Counted from the stretch's first letter, positions 50,421 through 63,745 are shown. The stretch: 64,000 nucleotides of DNA from Octopus bimaculoides (GCF_001194135.2 NC_068982.1:114704823-114768822), one strand, 5' to 3'. Program-made: numbers and translations. Notes: generated by a model not told the origin, from the letters alone.

Positions 50421-51369
50421 AGTAAAAGAATAAAAGAATATTGTTGAGCAGCAGGTCAGCTTGATTGATCAGACCTATGATCAAAGGTTTCCATCCAGGA
50501 CCATCAGGTATGTTTTTTTAAGACAGTGTATCTAGAAATGCATTATCCAATGTGTCCTTCCTTGGAGAGACAATAGGAAGGTGTATGATTTGATGCCAAA
50601 ACAGACAATTGGAGCCTGGTGCTACTCACCAGCTGGCCAGCTCCTGTCAAACCGTCCAACCCATGCCAGCATGGAAAATAGATTTTAAATGATAATGATG
50701 ATAATGATGTATAATGACCTGTAGAGATATATTTGTACTGAGAAATAATAAATCTTTAATTTTACAAATTCATAGTTATGCAACTTGTATTAAATTACTG
50801 TTTTGAATCTTAAGGATTAAACTAGGTGAGGGTGTTAATGAGTTTCTATAGACTTCACATAACAGGTCCTTTAAATTTGAATGTTGACAGGATTTTGCTT
50901 TCAATTAAGAGGCTCTCACATAGAAACTTGACATAGAAACTTGACATAGAAACTCCATTGTTGGTTCAAAGTAAATATTAATCAGACTATTAACTTCATT
51001 TTTTCAGGTGGTACCACAATATTTTTGACATGCACACTTCTTTCAATTCATATTTCATCCACACTCTTTCACATAATTCAAAGTCTCTTATTGAAAGTAA
51101 ATGTCAAAGCATTAAATATAATATTAACCAAAAACCCCAATGAAAATACTCAAGCATAAATTTAAAACCTACTATGACTGCAATGTGATGATTCCTCAAC
51201 ACAAAATATAAAGTGTGGCACCTGAAGATGATCAGAAAATATGCCAACCAACAGGTAAACAAATACTGAAAAAATTGTTATGAATAGTCTGATTATGAAT
51301 CTTTAAAATGTAGAAATATAAATTAAATTTAAAAAATGACATTAAGAAACACAGAAATGTGTAACAAAT

Positions 51370-51375
51370 TTTATT
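51370..51375 (-). terminator. Candidate polyadenylation signal AATAAA of SELENOF
   Basis: AATAAA on the minus strand about 180 nt downstream of the SECIS, followed by U/GU-rich sequence (ttgttacacatttctgtgtttc). Confidence 0.5.
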
Positions 51376-51552
51376 AATAATCCATGTGACCAGAAATAAA
51401 TATAAGAAAATTACATATCATGAAATACTATTAAAAAAAGAAAATTCATGATAAAAATAAATGGAATATTATATTCTTATTTAGTACCCACAATGATGGA
51501 TTTAAGAGAGAAAAGATATAAAAATAGGCAGCTCTGAAATTCAAGTAATTGC

Positions 51553-51619
51553 TTTCTCATTTTGTATCCAACCTTACAACCTTAAATTAAGTTTTTAGTA
51601 AGATTTTCATAGAGAGAAA
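51553..51619 (-). promoter_or_regulatory. SECIS element (form 2) in SELENOF 3' UTR
   Basis: Minus strand: UUUCUC(ucu)-AUGA-A-AAUCUUAC-U-AAAAA-CUUA-auu-UAAG-guu-GUAAGGUU-G-GA-U-(acaaaau)-GAGAAA. It has helix I (UUUCUC/GAGAAA), a UGAA/GGAU quartet, an 8-bp helix II, unpaired As about 11 nt after AUGA, and an apical mini-stem. It lies about 160 nt after the stop codon. Confidence 0.88.
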
Positions 51620-51779
51620 TCATTTACTAAAATGCTAATATTTTACGACCAGACCAGCCAACTGTAACATTAAGTATATGTGGTAGATGGTAAACTTTGA
51701 GATTACCAAACTAGTCAGCAATATTAGCTACTTTGAATAGCAGAGCTGGTGAATAGATGCTTTGTGTTTTTTTGCATTT

Positions 51780-51958
51780 TTACTTCATTAAACGTTCATG
51801 AAAGAAGGCCTCCACAGAATCAGTGTTCCACTTCTCAATTCCTAGGGTTTCGACTATTTCTCTGTTCTCATTTAACAAATGGATAGTCGGATCAGCACCA
51901 CGTGTGTACTTAATTTTAAGACCTGGAAATTGTTGTGTACGAGCGCTTTTCACAAAAG
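51780..51958 (-). CDS. SELENOF: Selenoprotein F, last coding exon (thioredoxin-like Sep15/SelM domain)
   Basis: Acceptor tcatttcag| then CT TTT GTG... = (A)FVKSARTQQFPGLKIKYTRGADPTIHLLNENREIVETLGIEKWNTDSVEAFFHERLMK-TAA. Contains the Sep15 signatures IKYxRGxDP and KWNTDSVE. Intron 51959-52760 is GT-AG and includes an N-gap. Confidence 0.95.
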
Positions 51959-52760
51959 CTGAAATGACAAATGAAATGATTCAGTAATTTTGTTAAGAAA
52001 ATTAAACCAGACTTCTGTAATTCATTAGTTCTTAAAGTAATTATAAGTTAATTCACACAGTTATTCATCCTCATAAAATATTGTAACATTGCTTTTTAAG
52101 AGACTGAGTTACAAAATTATATAATAAATATATATATATATATATATATATANNNNNNNNNNNNNNNNNNNNNNNNNNNNNNNNNNNNNNNNNNNNNNNN
52201 NNNNNNNNNNNNNNNNNNNNNNNNNNNNNNNNNNNNNNNNNNNNNNNNNNNNNNNNNNNNNNNNNNNNNNNNNNNNNNNNNNNNNNNNNNNNNNNNNNNN
52301 NNNNNNNNNNNNNNNNNNNNNNNNNNNNNNNNNNNNNNNNNNNNNNNNNNNNNNNNNNNNNNNNNNNNNNNNNNNNNNNNNNNNNNNNNNNNNNNNNNNN
52401 NNNNNNNNNNNNNNNNATATATATATATATATACCTAATATGAAATCTACATAAAGATACCATTACTGTTCTTATAAATAAGTTTAATTAATCTATAAGC
52501 TTAAATATTTAACATCATCTTATAGAAGATTTTAACATAAACAACTTTATAGATTATTTAGATGATTTCTTATTTAAAGAGTCTGTAATTAAATATCTTC
52601 AACATGGATGGAGTAATACATTCCATTAATGGAAGTTTTTGGTGATAAAATCAAATAAACAGACTAAAATGTTAAGTGTAAACAGCCAGAGTAGCTAATG
52701 CAACAACACTCTATAAAAAATTCCTCCAGAACAACAAGGAAATTCTTGAGTTTGACTTAC

Positions 52761-52824
52761 CTTGAACCTGTGGATACCTTCCTAATTTTCATCCGCATAC
52801 AATTAGTTCAGCATAGGGATACAT
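52761..52824 (-). CDS. SELENOF: Selenoprotein F (Sep15), Sec-containing internal exon (64 bp)
   Basis: Minus strand reads tttcaaag|ATG TAT CCC TAT GCT GAA CTA ATT GTA TGC GGA TGA AAA TTA GGA AGG TAT CCA CAG GTT CAA G|gtaagt = MYPYAELIVCG-U-KLGRYPQVQ. This matches the Sep15 motif (human LYAGAILEVCGUKLGRFPQVQ, recalled). UGA at 52791-52789. The phase-1 end joins the next exon in frame. Confidence 0.95.
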
Positions 52825-53079
52825 CTTTGAAATATAACAAAAACATAACAAAACTTTTAAGTAAAGATAATATCAAAAATATTTGATACAGGTTAAATTT
52901 ATTTAATCAACAGCTATATACAGATTAAGTTCCAACAAAAATGGAGGCTTAAACATATCTAAGTGACATTTATGTTTTTTGATATCCATAATAAAAACCA
53001 AGCAAATATCAATGGATAACTTCTCTGCAACTAACAGAGTACTACATAAAAGTTGCTGTAACAGACTGAATAACATATT

Positions 53080-53134
<55 letters not shown>

Positions 53135-54109
53135 ATGCATCTCCATTACTACCATAGGCAGTAATGGAGATAAACACAGGTAAGCCTGATATAAATATAT
53201 TTACATGTAGCACAAAATAAATACAGAATAAGGTAAGGTAATATGTAATTTCATAACTCAACAGTTGTTTCAGGAAACCTAGATTTACATGATAATCATG
53301 ATAATCATAAATTGCAGATGAAATGCACAAAAAGTCATGGGTATGTAACCTGTAACTAGTCACATGAAGAAATTACAATAAGTCCAGTTCTCCTCATCAA
53401 GAGAAGATGTAACCCATGCCAGATGGAAAAGTGAACACAAATTGCTGCTGCTGCTGGTGGCCATCAATTTTGCATTGTATGCATGTATGTATAGACAGGC
53501 AGTCACATTCCTAGATATCACAGAATGAGTGGTATATTCTATAATCATCAATATCAAAGTTTTATATCCACTTTACCATCAGGCTCAAGTTGGGCAGTTT
53601 TACTCAAGTAGTGTTTTAGAGTCAGATACCACTCTTGATGCAACCCTTTTCATCACTTCTTACAGTATATAGGAATGTGATATGTCTATTCTAAAACAAG
53701 CATAACACACTGTAACTGAAAATTCTATAAAATTGAATTAATTGTTGATTATCTCAAAAAACTTATTGATTTGAGAAGCTACAGACAATGCTAGAGAACT
53801 CTAGCTCTGTATCATATATGTTTAATGCTGTCAGATACCAATACATGTCTGATGTTGAATACTTGTACACTTTGATGCTAAAAACTACTTTTAATGTTAG
53901 ATATTACATAACTATACATACATTTGATATTAAACATCTGAACACTTTGATGTTATTTAATAACTACCATTATCGTCATTGTTTCACATCTGTTTTCCAT
54001 GCTGGCATGAGTTGGACTAACAATATTTGATGCTAAATACCTGTACACTGTATTTGAAGTTAGAAAAACCTTTACCCTTTCACGTTAAATACTAATATAT
54101 ATACATATA

Positions 54110-55300
54110 CAGTGTGTCCCAAAAAATGTATACACACTTTATTCCTTTTCAGATTTACCCCATTTGAAATAATGATGGAAACTAAACTAAGCTTTGAACA
54201 AAGGAAATTTATCCAAAAGTGTTTCTGGAAGTTGAAAAACACAGTCCAAGTACAAAAATGGTTTAGGTGGGAATTTCAAACAGATCTGCCGAAGTAGCTT
54301 ACCACTAATTGAATTACAGATAGATTTGAAACAGATGGAACTATTTAGAATGTCCACAAGAAACATTCCAGAAGACCATGGATATTAATGAGCCTGACAA
54401 AGCAAGAAAGGGTACTAGAAACATACTGCCAGAGTTCAAGAAAATCTGTGTGGCAAGTGAGTTGTGAGATAGGAACTGTACCTTGAAATACAGTCATTGG
54501 AAAAGTGACATTCCAAGAATAATCTAAGATCTCAATGAAAATGGTCCAAATCAAAGACAGTTGTTTTGCAAGTTGTATTTGGCAAGATGTGTAGACGATG
54601 CACATTTTCCAACAAAGACTGTTTGGAGTGATGAGGCTACATACAAATTAAATGGCTTGATTAACTGCCACAGTTGTACCTATTGGGGACCCAAGGAACC
54701 ACATACTAAGGAGGAACATCATGTAAATTTACCAGTAGTTACATAATAGTGATGCTTATCATTAAAAGGATTAATTGGCCCATTCTTTTTGGTGGCACTG
54801 TGACTGAATATCATGCCAAGTCTTCAAGAGGACTTAGAAGATGTGGAGTTTTATTTTGAATAAGACAGGATACACCAACACTACAATTGTAATGTAAGGG
54901 CTTATCGTGATGAGGCTTTGCTAAACAGGTGGATCAGACAAAGCAATTCAGATGAATACCCGCCACAGTTGCCAGACCTCACATCACTAGACTTTTTTCT
55001 ATGGGGATACTTAGATGATAAAATTTATTGTACAAAACTAGCAACACTCAATGAACTGAAGACAGCCACTGAATGAGAATGCACATAAATACCAAACAAA
55101 ATGTTTCTTGATATTTGCAATTCCATTGTTTCATGTTACCAGCAGTGCCTGGACCAGAATGGACATCACTTTGAAAACAGGTGATCATAAAAAAAAAATT
55201 CTGTTTGTAGATTCTATTAAATTTTGAAACTGAACTCTATTTTAATAAGCACTGACTTTTATATCATTCTATGTGTATACATTTTTGAGGGGATACCCTG
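54110..55300 (+). mobile_element. Full-length decayed Tc1/mariner-superfamily transposon, DD41D (rosa/VS) type
   Basis: TIRs CAGTGTGTCCCAAAAAATGTATACAC / GTGTATACATTTTTGAGGGGATACCCTG with TA on both sides. Transposase remnants: MMETKLSFEQRKFI..., [14 protein letters not shown]...PDLTSLDFFLWGYL. I count 41 residues between the second and third catalytic D. Confidence 0.88.
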
Positions 55301-56449
55301 TATATATAATGATGATGATGATATTTGATGTTAAATACTTGTACACTTTTAAGTTATTAAATGGTATTTTTTTAATGTCAAATGTGAAATCATTATGTAA
55401 CTACAAATATTGATGTTATTAGATAAGTACACATGTTTGATGTTATGATGATCAGATCCCAAATGGAGTCTTTATCGATGGGAGAAGTGAATATCTAACA
55501 GAAGCAGTTGATAGTCAACTAAAATTTCAAAGATTGACTACATCCACCAGCAAAACCGCAATACAAAACAGTATATAAAATATAAGTAAAAAATATTTGT
55601 TCATATACTGTATAGTCTCTAAGTTGAAATCCCATCAGACTTAGTTTTGTGTTTCACTCTACTAGAGATGATATGTAGCAGTAGCATAAAGAGGTTGATT
55701 CAAATAACAATAAATACTTCATTCAACAATTCATCTTAACTTAAGGAAGAAATTAATATGTGTAAATTTTACTTTATCTTATATATTAATTACATGCAAA
55801 AGCAAAACATTTAATCATTATATGAAATCTTAGGGAACAGTGTACTATTTTGGGAATAATAGTTTGGCCACATTTGTCATGTTGGATTTTACAACTGATA
55901 TTATCATCATCACAATTTTATATGTGCTTTTTTATGCTGGCATGAATTTGGGGTTTTCCTGCGGCACAGTTTTACAGCTAGATGCACTTCTTGTTGCCCA
56001 CCCTTACAATATGCATGGACACTGTGTACCTATTCTAAAACCACAGTAAGCTATTACTAAACAGAGTAATAAAAACTCAAATACAATAAGTCCTTTACAA
56101 AAGAATACATTAGTTTGCATCTATTAGTTCAGAAGATAATTCTAGGTCTAAACTAGGATGACCTACATTTCATTGATACAGATACAAACAAAAATGTGAA
56201 CAGTTAGAATATCTTCTGCAGTGTGTCAGTCAGTACATCATCACATTAAACACCAAAATAGTTTCTGAATTTCCAGACTACAAGTTGTGATATCTCAAGC
56301 ATCCTGGTATCTATTTTAACTAATGTTAGGTTAAACTTGGTAGCTTGTAAAACTTCCAGAATGGTTCATGTAAGAAAAAGTGAGTAAATATACAGTTAGA
56401 GTCTTTTCTTCAATTATTTAGGAATATTTCTCAAATTGAGAATTTCCAA

Positions 56450-57100
56450 AAATTGCACCTAACCTGTACCCTCCGGGTACAGTGGTGCGCTCAATTATTA
56501 ATTGCAGGTGTCAGCAGTCTTGCCCTCAGTAAACCCTCCTTGAGCAAGCTCCCAACCCCCTGACGAGGACGGTTAACTATATTTTGTCGTATTCTAATAT
56601 ATACACTGAGCAAAATGTACATTTGTAGGTATTGACTAACGGAGTAGTCATCGCCATTAATGTACAGCGAAATATTGCGCTTAACAAATTATATCAACTT
56701 AATTTAAAGAACATAATTAATCATTTTCGTAGATGTAACGTTTTGAATTAAACTGAAAAATAATTATTTAAGACTTTTTTCTGAAAGTTTACTTAAAAAT
56801 ATTATTATTACTTCCCTTGACACGACACTTCCGCTTAATATGGGTTTCCTCCCTTAGCTTAGAATTTCTAAGAAATATTTATTCCACGTATTAATTTTCC
56901 ACGTATTAATTTTCTCTCTCTCTCTCCGTCTCTCTCCACACACACATTCCTTCACACTTATTCTATCCCGCCCTTCTCGTTAACTGCCTGCTAAAATCAT
57001 ATAAATATTTATCGAGATGTTATATGAATGTACGTCACTCGGAAATTTGGCTGCGGCATTACGTGTTGTATATTCATACCCACCACCGCGATTCATTACA
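56450..57100. promoter_or_regulatory. Promoter-like CpG-retaining island upstream of the SELENOF exons
   Basis: Unique CpG-rich sequence with CGCCAT (YY1-like, about 56652) and CACTTCCG (ETS-like, about 56826), between two CpG-depleted domains. Confidence 0.35.
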
Positions 57101-57885
57101 TATCTTAGTCAAATCACTTAATTCTACATGCCTTACTAATAAACTTAGTTGTTGTTGTTTAGTCCCATGTCAGCTCTGATCAAAAGGCATTAGAGCCGTG
57201 ACAACCACATTATGTTTTTTCACCTCCGTCGGACAAAATGTATTGCAATATTTGTTCTAGTTCAATACGTTCCGAGATCAACTTCATCCTTATGGAGGCC
57301 GGGGCAATAAAATAGAGTACCAGTTAAGTACTTGAGCTGAAGGTATTGATTAACCCGTCGTTTCAAAATTGATGGCCCGGTGCCTAAAATAGAAACATTG
57401 AAGACGGTAGGGGGTGATCTAAGGGTTATCTGTCTGCTTTTTCTAGCAAATAGATAGAGCAGTTTTGAAATGACTTTTTTTATTTGATTTTTTATTTTTT
57501 TATTTACTTATTTTGATTTTCCTGATTTTCATACAAATATAAATCATGGTTCTGGAAAAAAATTTAGTTAATGTTTACTTTAACTACCGGTCACCAAAAC
57601 AAACAAAAAAAACGAGTGTAATAGGTGTAAAAAAAAATGTGTATTAAACGAATGTGAAAACAAAAATTTGCGCCAACGAACGGGGGGGGGCGGAGAAAGG
57701 ATTTTCGGAAAATTCGCAAGATCCGATTTTTCCCCTCATAACTTTTAGGAAAATGGATATCTTCTAGTGAAATTTTAAATAAATACCTTTCAAACGGCAT
57801 AGATTACGATTATAAAGAACGGGATGCTACAAATCAATATGACATATAATTTAAATTTTAATATATGTTCACGACATAATTTTCG

Positions 57886-57926
<41 letters not shown>

Positions 57927-59051
57927 GAAGAAGAATGGAACGAACGAAACTGTTTATAATAAATATCATGCATGCTCTCATTGATATGCTAATTTTAGTA
58001 CATGCTTTTTGTGTGTTTGCACATATATATNNNNNNNNNNNNNNNNNNNNNNNNNNNNNNNNNNNNNNNNNNNNNNNNNNNNNNNNNNNNNNNNNNNNNN
58101 NNNNNNNNNNNNNNNNNNNNNNNNNNNNNNNNNNNNNNNNNNNNNNNNNNNNNNNNNNNNNNNNNNNNNNNNNNNNNNNNNNNNNNNNNNNNNNNNNNNN
58201 NNNNNNNNNNNNNNNNNNNNNNNNNNNNNNNNNNNNNNNNNNNNNNNNNNNNNNNNNNNNNNNNNNNNNNNNNNNNNNNNNNNNNNNNNNNNNNNNNNNN
58301 NNNNNNNNNNNNNNNNNNNNNNNNNNNNNNNNNNNNNNNNNNNNNNNNNNNNNNNNNNNNNNNNNNNNNNNNNNNNNNNNNNNNNNNNNNNNNNNNNNNN
58401 NNNNNNNNNNNNNNNNNNNNNNNNNNNNNNNNNNNNNNNNNNNNNNNNNNNNNNNNNNNNNNNNNNNNNNNNNNNNNNNNNNNNNNNNNNNNNNNNNNNN
58501 NNNNNNNNNNNNNNNNNNNNNNNNNNNNNNNNNNNNNNNNNNNNNNNNNNNNNNNNNNNNNNNNNNNNNNNNNNNNNNNNNNNNNNNNNNNNNNNNNNNN
58601 NNNNNNNNNNNNNNNNNNNNNNNNNNNNNNNNNNNNNNNNNNNNNNNNNNNNNNNNNNNNNNNNNNNNNNNNNNNNNNNNNNNNNNNNNNNNNNNNNNNN
58701 NNNNNNNNNNNNNNNNNNNNNNNNNNNNNNNNNNNNNNNNNNNGCCTGTGTTAGAATGGGGGCAGCTGATGAAGGAAAATGTTCTCTATGTGGCCTGTGT
58801 GTTTTCTGTACTCTGGTTATTATTATTTTTTTTGTCTACGTTTTGTTTGCAATGTCCTGTACCCAGATATGCACCTATATATACAGGTAGATGTAGGTAT
58901 GCACATACTTGTACGTATATATGCATATACTCATTTATATTTGTTTTATATATATATATAGACAGAGAGAGAGAGATTTGCATTATGAAAATGCTACCAC
59001 TCCTTAAAAATCTGGCCTTATAATAAATGAAAATAAATTAATACTCTATAA

Positions 59052-59412
59052 CAGTGGTTCTCAACCATATCTTACCTGTAGAACCCTTTGATTACGGTTT
59101 TACTCAGGTAGACCCCCTACAGCCAATTAATGTTTAAAAACTAATTTTATAGACACTTCTTTCAAAATTCCTATTTTGTTTACCACATGTTCACTTGTGC
59201 AGGTTTGCAATAGCACTCTCCAAGGGAACATGTTGAACTTTGTGGAGCGTTAAAAAAAGAAACCTAATTGTTTTGCTTTTTTTTATGGGGGGGGTGTAAT
59301 AAATACGTGTAAGGCAAAATTTTTTTCTTTGATCCCTAAAATACAACTGCAAACCCCCAAAAAATATTATATGAACCCTCAGGGCTTATATGGTGCCTTG
59401 TTAAGACCACAG
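59052..59412. mobile_element. hAT-type MITE
   Basis: Left TIR CAGTGGTTCTCAACC, eroded right TIR GTTAAGACCACAG, 8-bp flanks CTCTATAA / CTCTATAC (7/8 identical). Confidence 0.65.
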
Positions 59413-60078
59413 CTCTATACAGTAATTACACTCTGAGTTCAAATCCTGCTAGGATCAACTTTTCCTTTCATTCTTCTAGGGTACAAATAAGCATAAATCA
59501 AGTACTATGATCAATTCAATCAACTTTTCCCTTGCCTCTTAATTTGCAGCCTCAACATGATAAAGAGCTACAGAATAACTGCTTATAGTATCTGCAGAGA
59601 ACTAGTTTAGTAATCAGACTAGTAAAAAATGACAGCTGCATCAAAAATTTAGCTAAGGGAGCACTCTAAATAGTTGCTCATCCTTGTAAAAATAACAGCC
59701 ATTCTCTTCAAATCCCACCTTACTGTGTTAAAAAAAATGAAAGGGCATACTGCACAATATAGTTCTACATATAAAAAGACAGGAAGGTCATGGATGAAAT
59801 GCCTTGGATAACAGATCTACTCAATGATCAGGAGTTGGTACAGAAAATTTTAACTCTAAACCCTCTATTTGTAATTAAGCTTATATTTCTTATTAACTGA
59901 GAGCATACAACATACATGGCCAATCTGAATCATCAGGGAATTTTTTAGCAGCATGATATATTTGAGTTGGGGTTTAAATGCTGCATAGCTTGTCACTAAA
60001 TTTTTCTGTAATATTTATTGAAGTTACAAACAATTACATGGAAAAATGCAAGCATGAAAAGTCATATTCTTAAGATTA

Positions 60079-60503
60079 TAAACATGGAAAAGGACAGGAC
60101 AAGTTATTACACCTGTAAAAGTATAGGACAAGCTATTACTTCTAGTAAAGTAAAGATTAAGAAACTTTTTACTTAAAATATCGCAGCAAAGAATGCCAGT
60201 TCTAATTTATCACTCTTTACAGCTCTCATCATTAAAATTTATTGTACAAAACTGTTCAGCTAATTTCTAAGTTTGTCTAATTAGTCACTTTTTTCTGTAT
60301 TTAAGGTAGTAAATTAACCAAATTCTACTTGAATAAGTATAGTGTTATTTGTAAACTATAATAAAATAAATTTTAATATTCAAATTTTAATTTTAGCTGC
60401 AATATTTTAAGTAAAAGTTTCTTATTCTTTACTTTACTTGAAGTAATAGCTTGTCCTATACTTTTACAGGTGTAATAACTTGACCTGTACTTTTCCAGGT
60501 TTA
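60079..60503. mobile_element. MITE with about 110-bp TIRs
   Basis: TAAAC(A/C)TGGAAAAG...AAGTTATTACACCTGTAAAAGTATAGGACAAGCTATTACTTC is present inverted at both ends. Termini are TA-bounded and the core is AT-rich. Confidence 0.8.
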
Positions 60504-62990
60504 CATGGCTTGCACAGCTCTCACTAACCATTCATCTATCCCTAGTTTCCTCATTGACCACCAGATAAGGGATTGGGGGACCCTGTCAAAGGCTTTTTCC
60601 ATATCAACGAAAGCCAGATACAGAGGTTTATCCTTGGCTAGGTATTTCTCCTGCAGTTGTCTTACCAGAAATATAGCATCAGTGGTGCTTTTCCCTGGCA
60701 CGAACCCAAACTGCATCTCATCTAAACTGATTCGTTCCCTAATTAGTTGAGCTATGACCCTCTCCGTGACTTTCATTACCTGATCCAACAACTTGATACC
60801 TCTGTAATTATTTGTATCTAAAGCGTCACCTTTACCTTTGTAGCAGTTGACAATGGTGCTGCTACACCAGTCATTGGGTATGACTCCTTCATGTATCACC
60901 TGGTTAACTATACGGGTGACTAGGCTATAGCCAATAGACAGATATTTTGAGCATCTCTGCAGTGATTCCTGATGGGCCGGAGGCTTTCTCTGTCTTCATA
61001 CTCTTGATTGCTTTATCTACCAAGGTACTGTCAATTCGGATAGCTGGTCCCTCTGTTGGGTCGACATTCGGCAGACTCTTTCTCCCATTCATTCTCTTTA
61101 TTGAGCAACCTTTCATAGTAATGTCTCCAAACCTCTCTCTCTCTCTTTGCAGCCTTGTTTAGTGCAAGTGAACCATCATCCATGCAGACACATTTCTCTC
61201 CAACATCACGATTCCCTCTCACACACTGTCTTGCAACACAAAATACTCAAGTCTTTGGTCCTCACAGCACAGAACATTGGCAAATTTTTTCTTATCTGCT
61301 TCCCCTCTAGCTGAATAAACCTGTCTCCTAGCTTCCCTTCTGGCAGTCTGATACAATTCCCTGCTACCACCGTTCTTCCAATCCTTCCAAGCCTGTTTCT
61401 TTTGTCAAATAGCCCTATCAACAACAATGTTCCACCACCACATTATTTTGGGTCGAGAGGGGACTTTGCATCATCCACAGAGCTGCTCAGTGGCCCTCAG
61501 CAGGTTGTCCTGTAGAAACATCTAATTTTCTTCCACATCGTGTGAAGTTATATCCCCTTCTATTTCATCAAAGGCTTCGAGTAATACATCTCTAAATCTC
61601 TGTCCATTCGCAGGATCTTTAAGCTTCCAGACCCTTCTCCTCCATGCTGGTCCTCTTCTGGGCATCCATTTAGCCCTGATCCTGACATTGCTAACTACCA
61701 GTCTATGTTGTGGGATACATTTTTCGCCTGGGAAGGTTTTGGCATTTATAAGTAGCCGTTTTCCCCTTTTTCTGGTGAGGATGTAGTCAATTTGGCTAAG
61801 TGTGTCTGCCAGAACAGTAGGTGACTAGGTGACTGGCAGGTTTCCTGAAGTTAGTATTGCAAACCATAAGATCATTTGCATCGCAGAACTCCAGCAGCCT
61901 GGTAGCCTCCATGTACACCATGGAAGCCCCCTGTATGTTATCCAACATGTCCAATGAAGTCACCAGCCACAAAGAGGAGGTCCCTGTCATTCGTCAACGA
62001 GGTAGTCTGCAAGAGGGTGTCATAAAATCGGTCCTTCTGTCCATCAGGTAGCCCCGGCTGAGGGGAACAGGCCGAGATAATGTTTGCTAACCCATGATGA
62101 AGCACTAATCTAATCTTAAGTACTCTGTCACATACTCTGACTACCTCGATTACCTTATCAACTCATTTCTCAGCATGAAGTATACGCACGTCCCTGACTC
62201 CGTCAGTGTTCTTTGCCCAGAAAATCTTGTACCTGTGTTTTTTGCCTGTGAGGAACCTAGCAGAACCTCCTCTCCACCTTACTTCTAGGATGCAGCACAA
62301 ATCGACACATCTCCGTTCAAGCATCTCAAAAATCTCACCAGACCTACTTTTCAGTGTGCCGACGTTGAGAGTACCAACCCTGAGGGTGTAGGAGGTATGG
62401 GCCTATGAGACCCTGGGACAGGGGACAGCAGCATCATGTACCTGAATAGAAAGCTCACATTTGGCAGAATTCATAAACAAACAATAGCCTTCATTTCAAC
62501 CTGCATACACTACACCATCATATCTATGCACTATATGATCACTACCTTACATAGGAGATAAACCCTAAGTAGGGGTGGGGATGGCATAAAGGCTTTAGAA
62601 GTGTGCATGGGAGACAACCAAAGAATGACACAGGATAGGAACTTCCAGTACAGGTGGAGGGGGTCAGAGGGTCGGTGGGCGGGCGTACTATGAACTAACA
62701 AATTTAGACGGGAGCATCTTCTGGATACGTATTCTTTCGGCGGAGGTATTAAAAATCGAGTAGGGGAATCCAAGTGCATGCACTAGTTTATATAGGATAG
62801 GGGTGGGGGAAGTCTTGGCGAAGCAAGTGGTAATCGAAAGAGAGACAGATAGACAGACAGAGTGAGGCCGAGAGAGAGAGAGACAGACAGAGTGAGGCCG
62901 AGAGACAGTGAGGCAAAGAGAGAGAGGGGGTACCAGAGTTAGGGTGGTCAGAACACGAGGGAGAAAAATATTCTTTTGGGATTTGGGTAG
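60503..62990 (-). mobile_element. RTE-clade LINE, 5' part (5' UTR, APE endonuclease, N-terminal RT), inactivated
   Basis: TLRVGTLNVGTLK...CCILEVRWRG, GDF.GHVG and SQIDYILTRK (APE). WCSSTIVNCYKGKGD...NYRGIKLL...QFGFVPGKSTTDAIF...AFVDMEKAFDRVP (RT; ORF 60501-60899). Many stops and frameshifts. The RT breaks off before the YxDD motif. 5' boundary approximate. Confidence 0.92.
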
Positions 62991-63745
62991 CATAATTTAA
63001 AGAAACAGCAAATGTCAATAATAGTAAAATAGAATTGAAAAAAAAGTTTTCAGTCAGCCAATCTATAACAAAATTTGAGAAATAAGTGACTGTGTGATAA
63101 ACTTGAATGAATGAATATGTGGTGGTTAAGGATATGATGAACTAAGGTTATCTTCAGGCAACAACAAGGATGACGAAACTATATTTACATATTTACATGG
63201 TAATGAAATAGAAGAGTAGATGAACAAGGTTGAAAAGACAAAATTTCTTATCTGAGCATCTTCTGAGATTCGTATCCTTTCACATATATATATATGTATA
63301 TACATACATATATATATAATATACATACATATATATATATATATATANNNNNNNNNNNNNNNNNNNNNNNNNNNNNNNNNNNNNNNNNNNNNNNNNNNNN
63401 NNNNNNNNNNNNNNNNNNNNNNNNNNNNNNNNNNNNNNNNNNNNNNNGGAAATGTATAACTGCTGTCATTCACAGAAAAACTATTGTTTTACTGTGAAAA
63501 AAGTGCTGTTGAAGTGTTAAGTGAAATTTATCGATCAAGGATCAAATCCACAGTATGCCTGCATGAAACCACAACAAATACATTGTGGAATAAAAAATTT
63601 ATCTACTATCATGGAAAAAGTGTAACTGTAAAAATGCAGAATTATTGGAGTAATAGGCATTCAAAAAAGTATGTATGTATAGAAATGTATAAATGAAATC
63701 TTTAAGGTTTAAGATTCAAATTAAGGAAGTGCAATAATAATAATA

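Noticed and set aside
50960-51450. Other AUGA...GA hairpins in the SELENOF downstream region as SECIS
   Set aside because: No continuous helix II or apical AA at the required spacing, unlike 51553-51619.
56558-56592. CTGACGA hammerhead-like core (also 3700-3725, 35125-35165, 37133-37160, 44040-44070, 51218-51245, 63140-63165)
   Set aside because: Each lacks GAAA at the right place or has no stem I/II pairing.
56580-56660. ATGGCG ORF (MAMTTPLVNTYKCTFC...) as SELENOF exon 1
   Set aside because: It stops after 26 codons, has no hydrophobic signal peptide, lacks a convincing donor, and shows no Sep15 similarity.
60501-60899. Functional reverse transcriptase gene
   Set aside because: Fragment of a LINE with many upstream stops and frameshifts, cut off before the catalytic YxDD.
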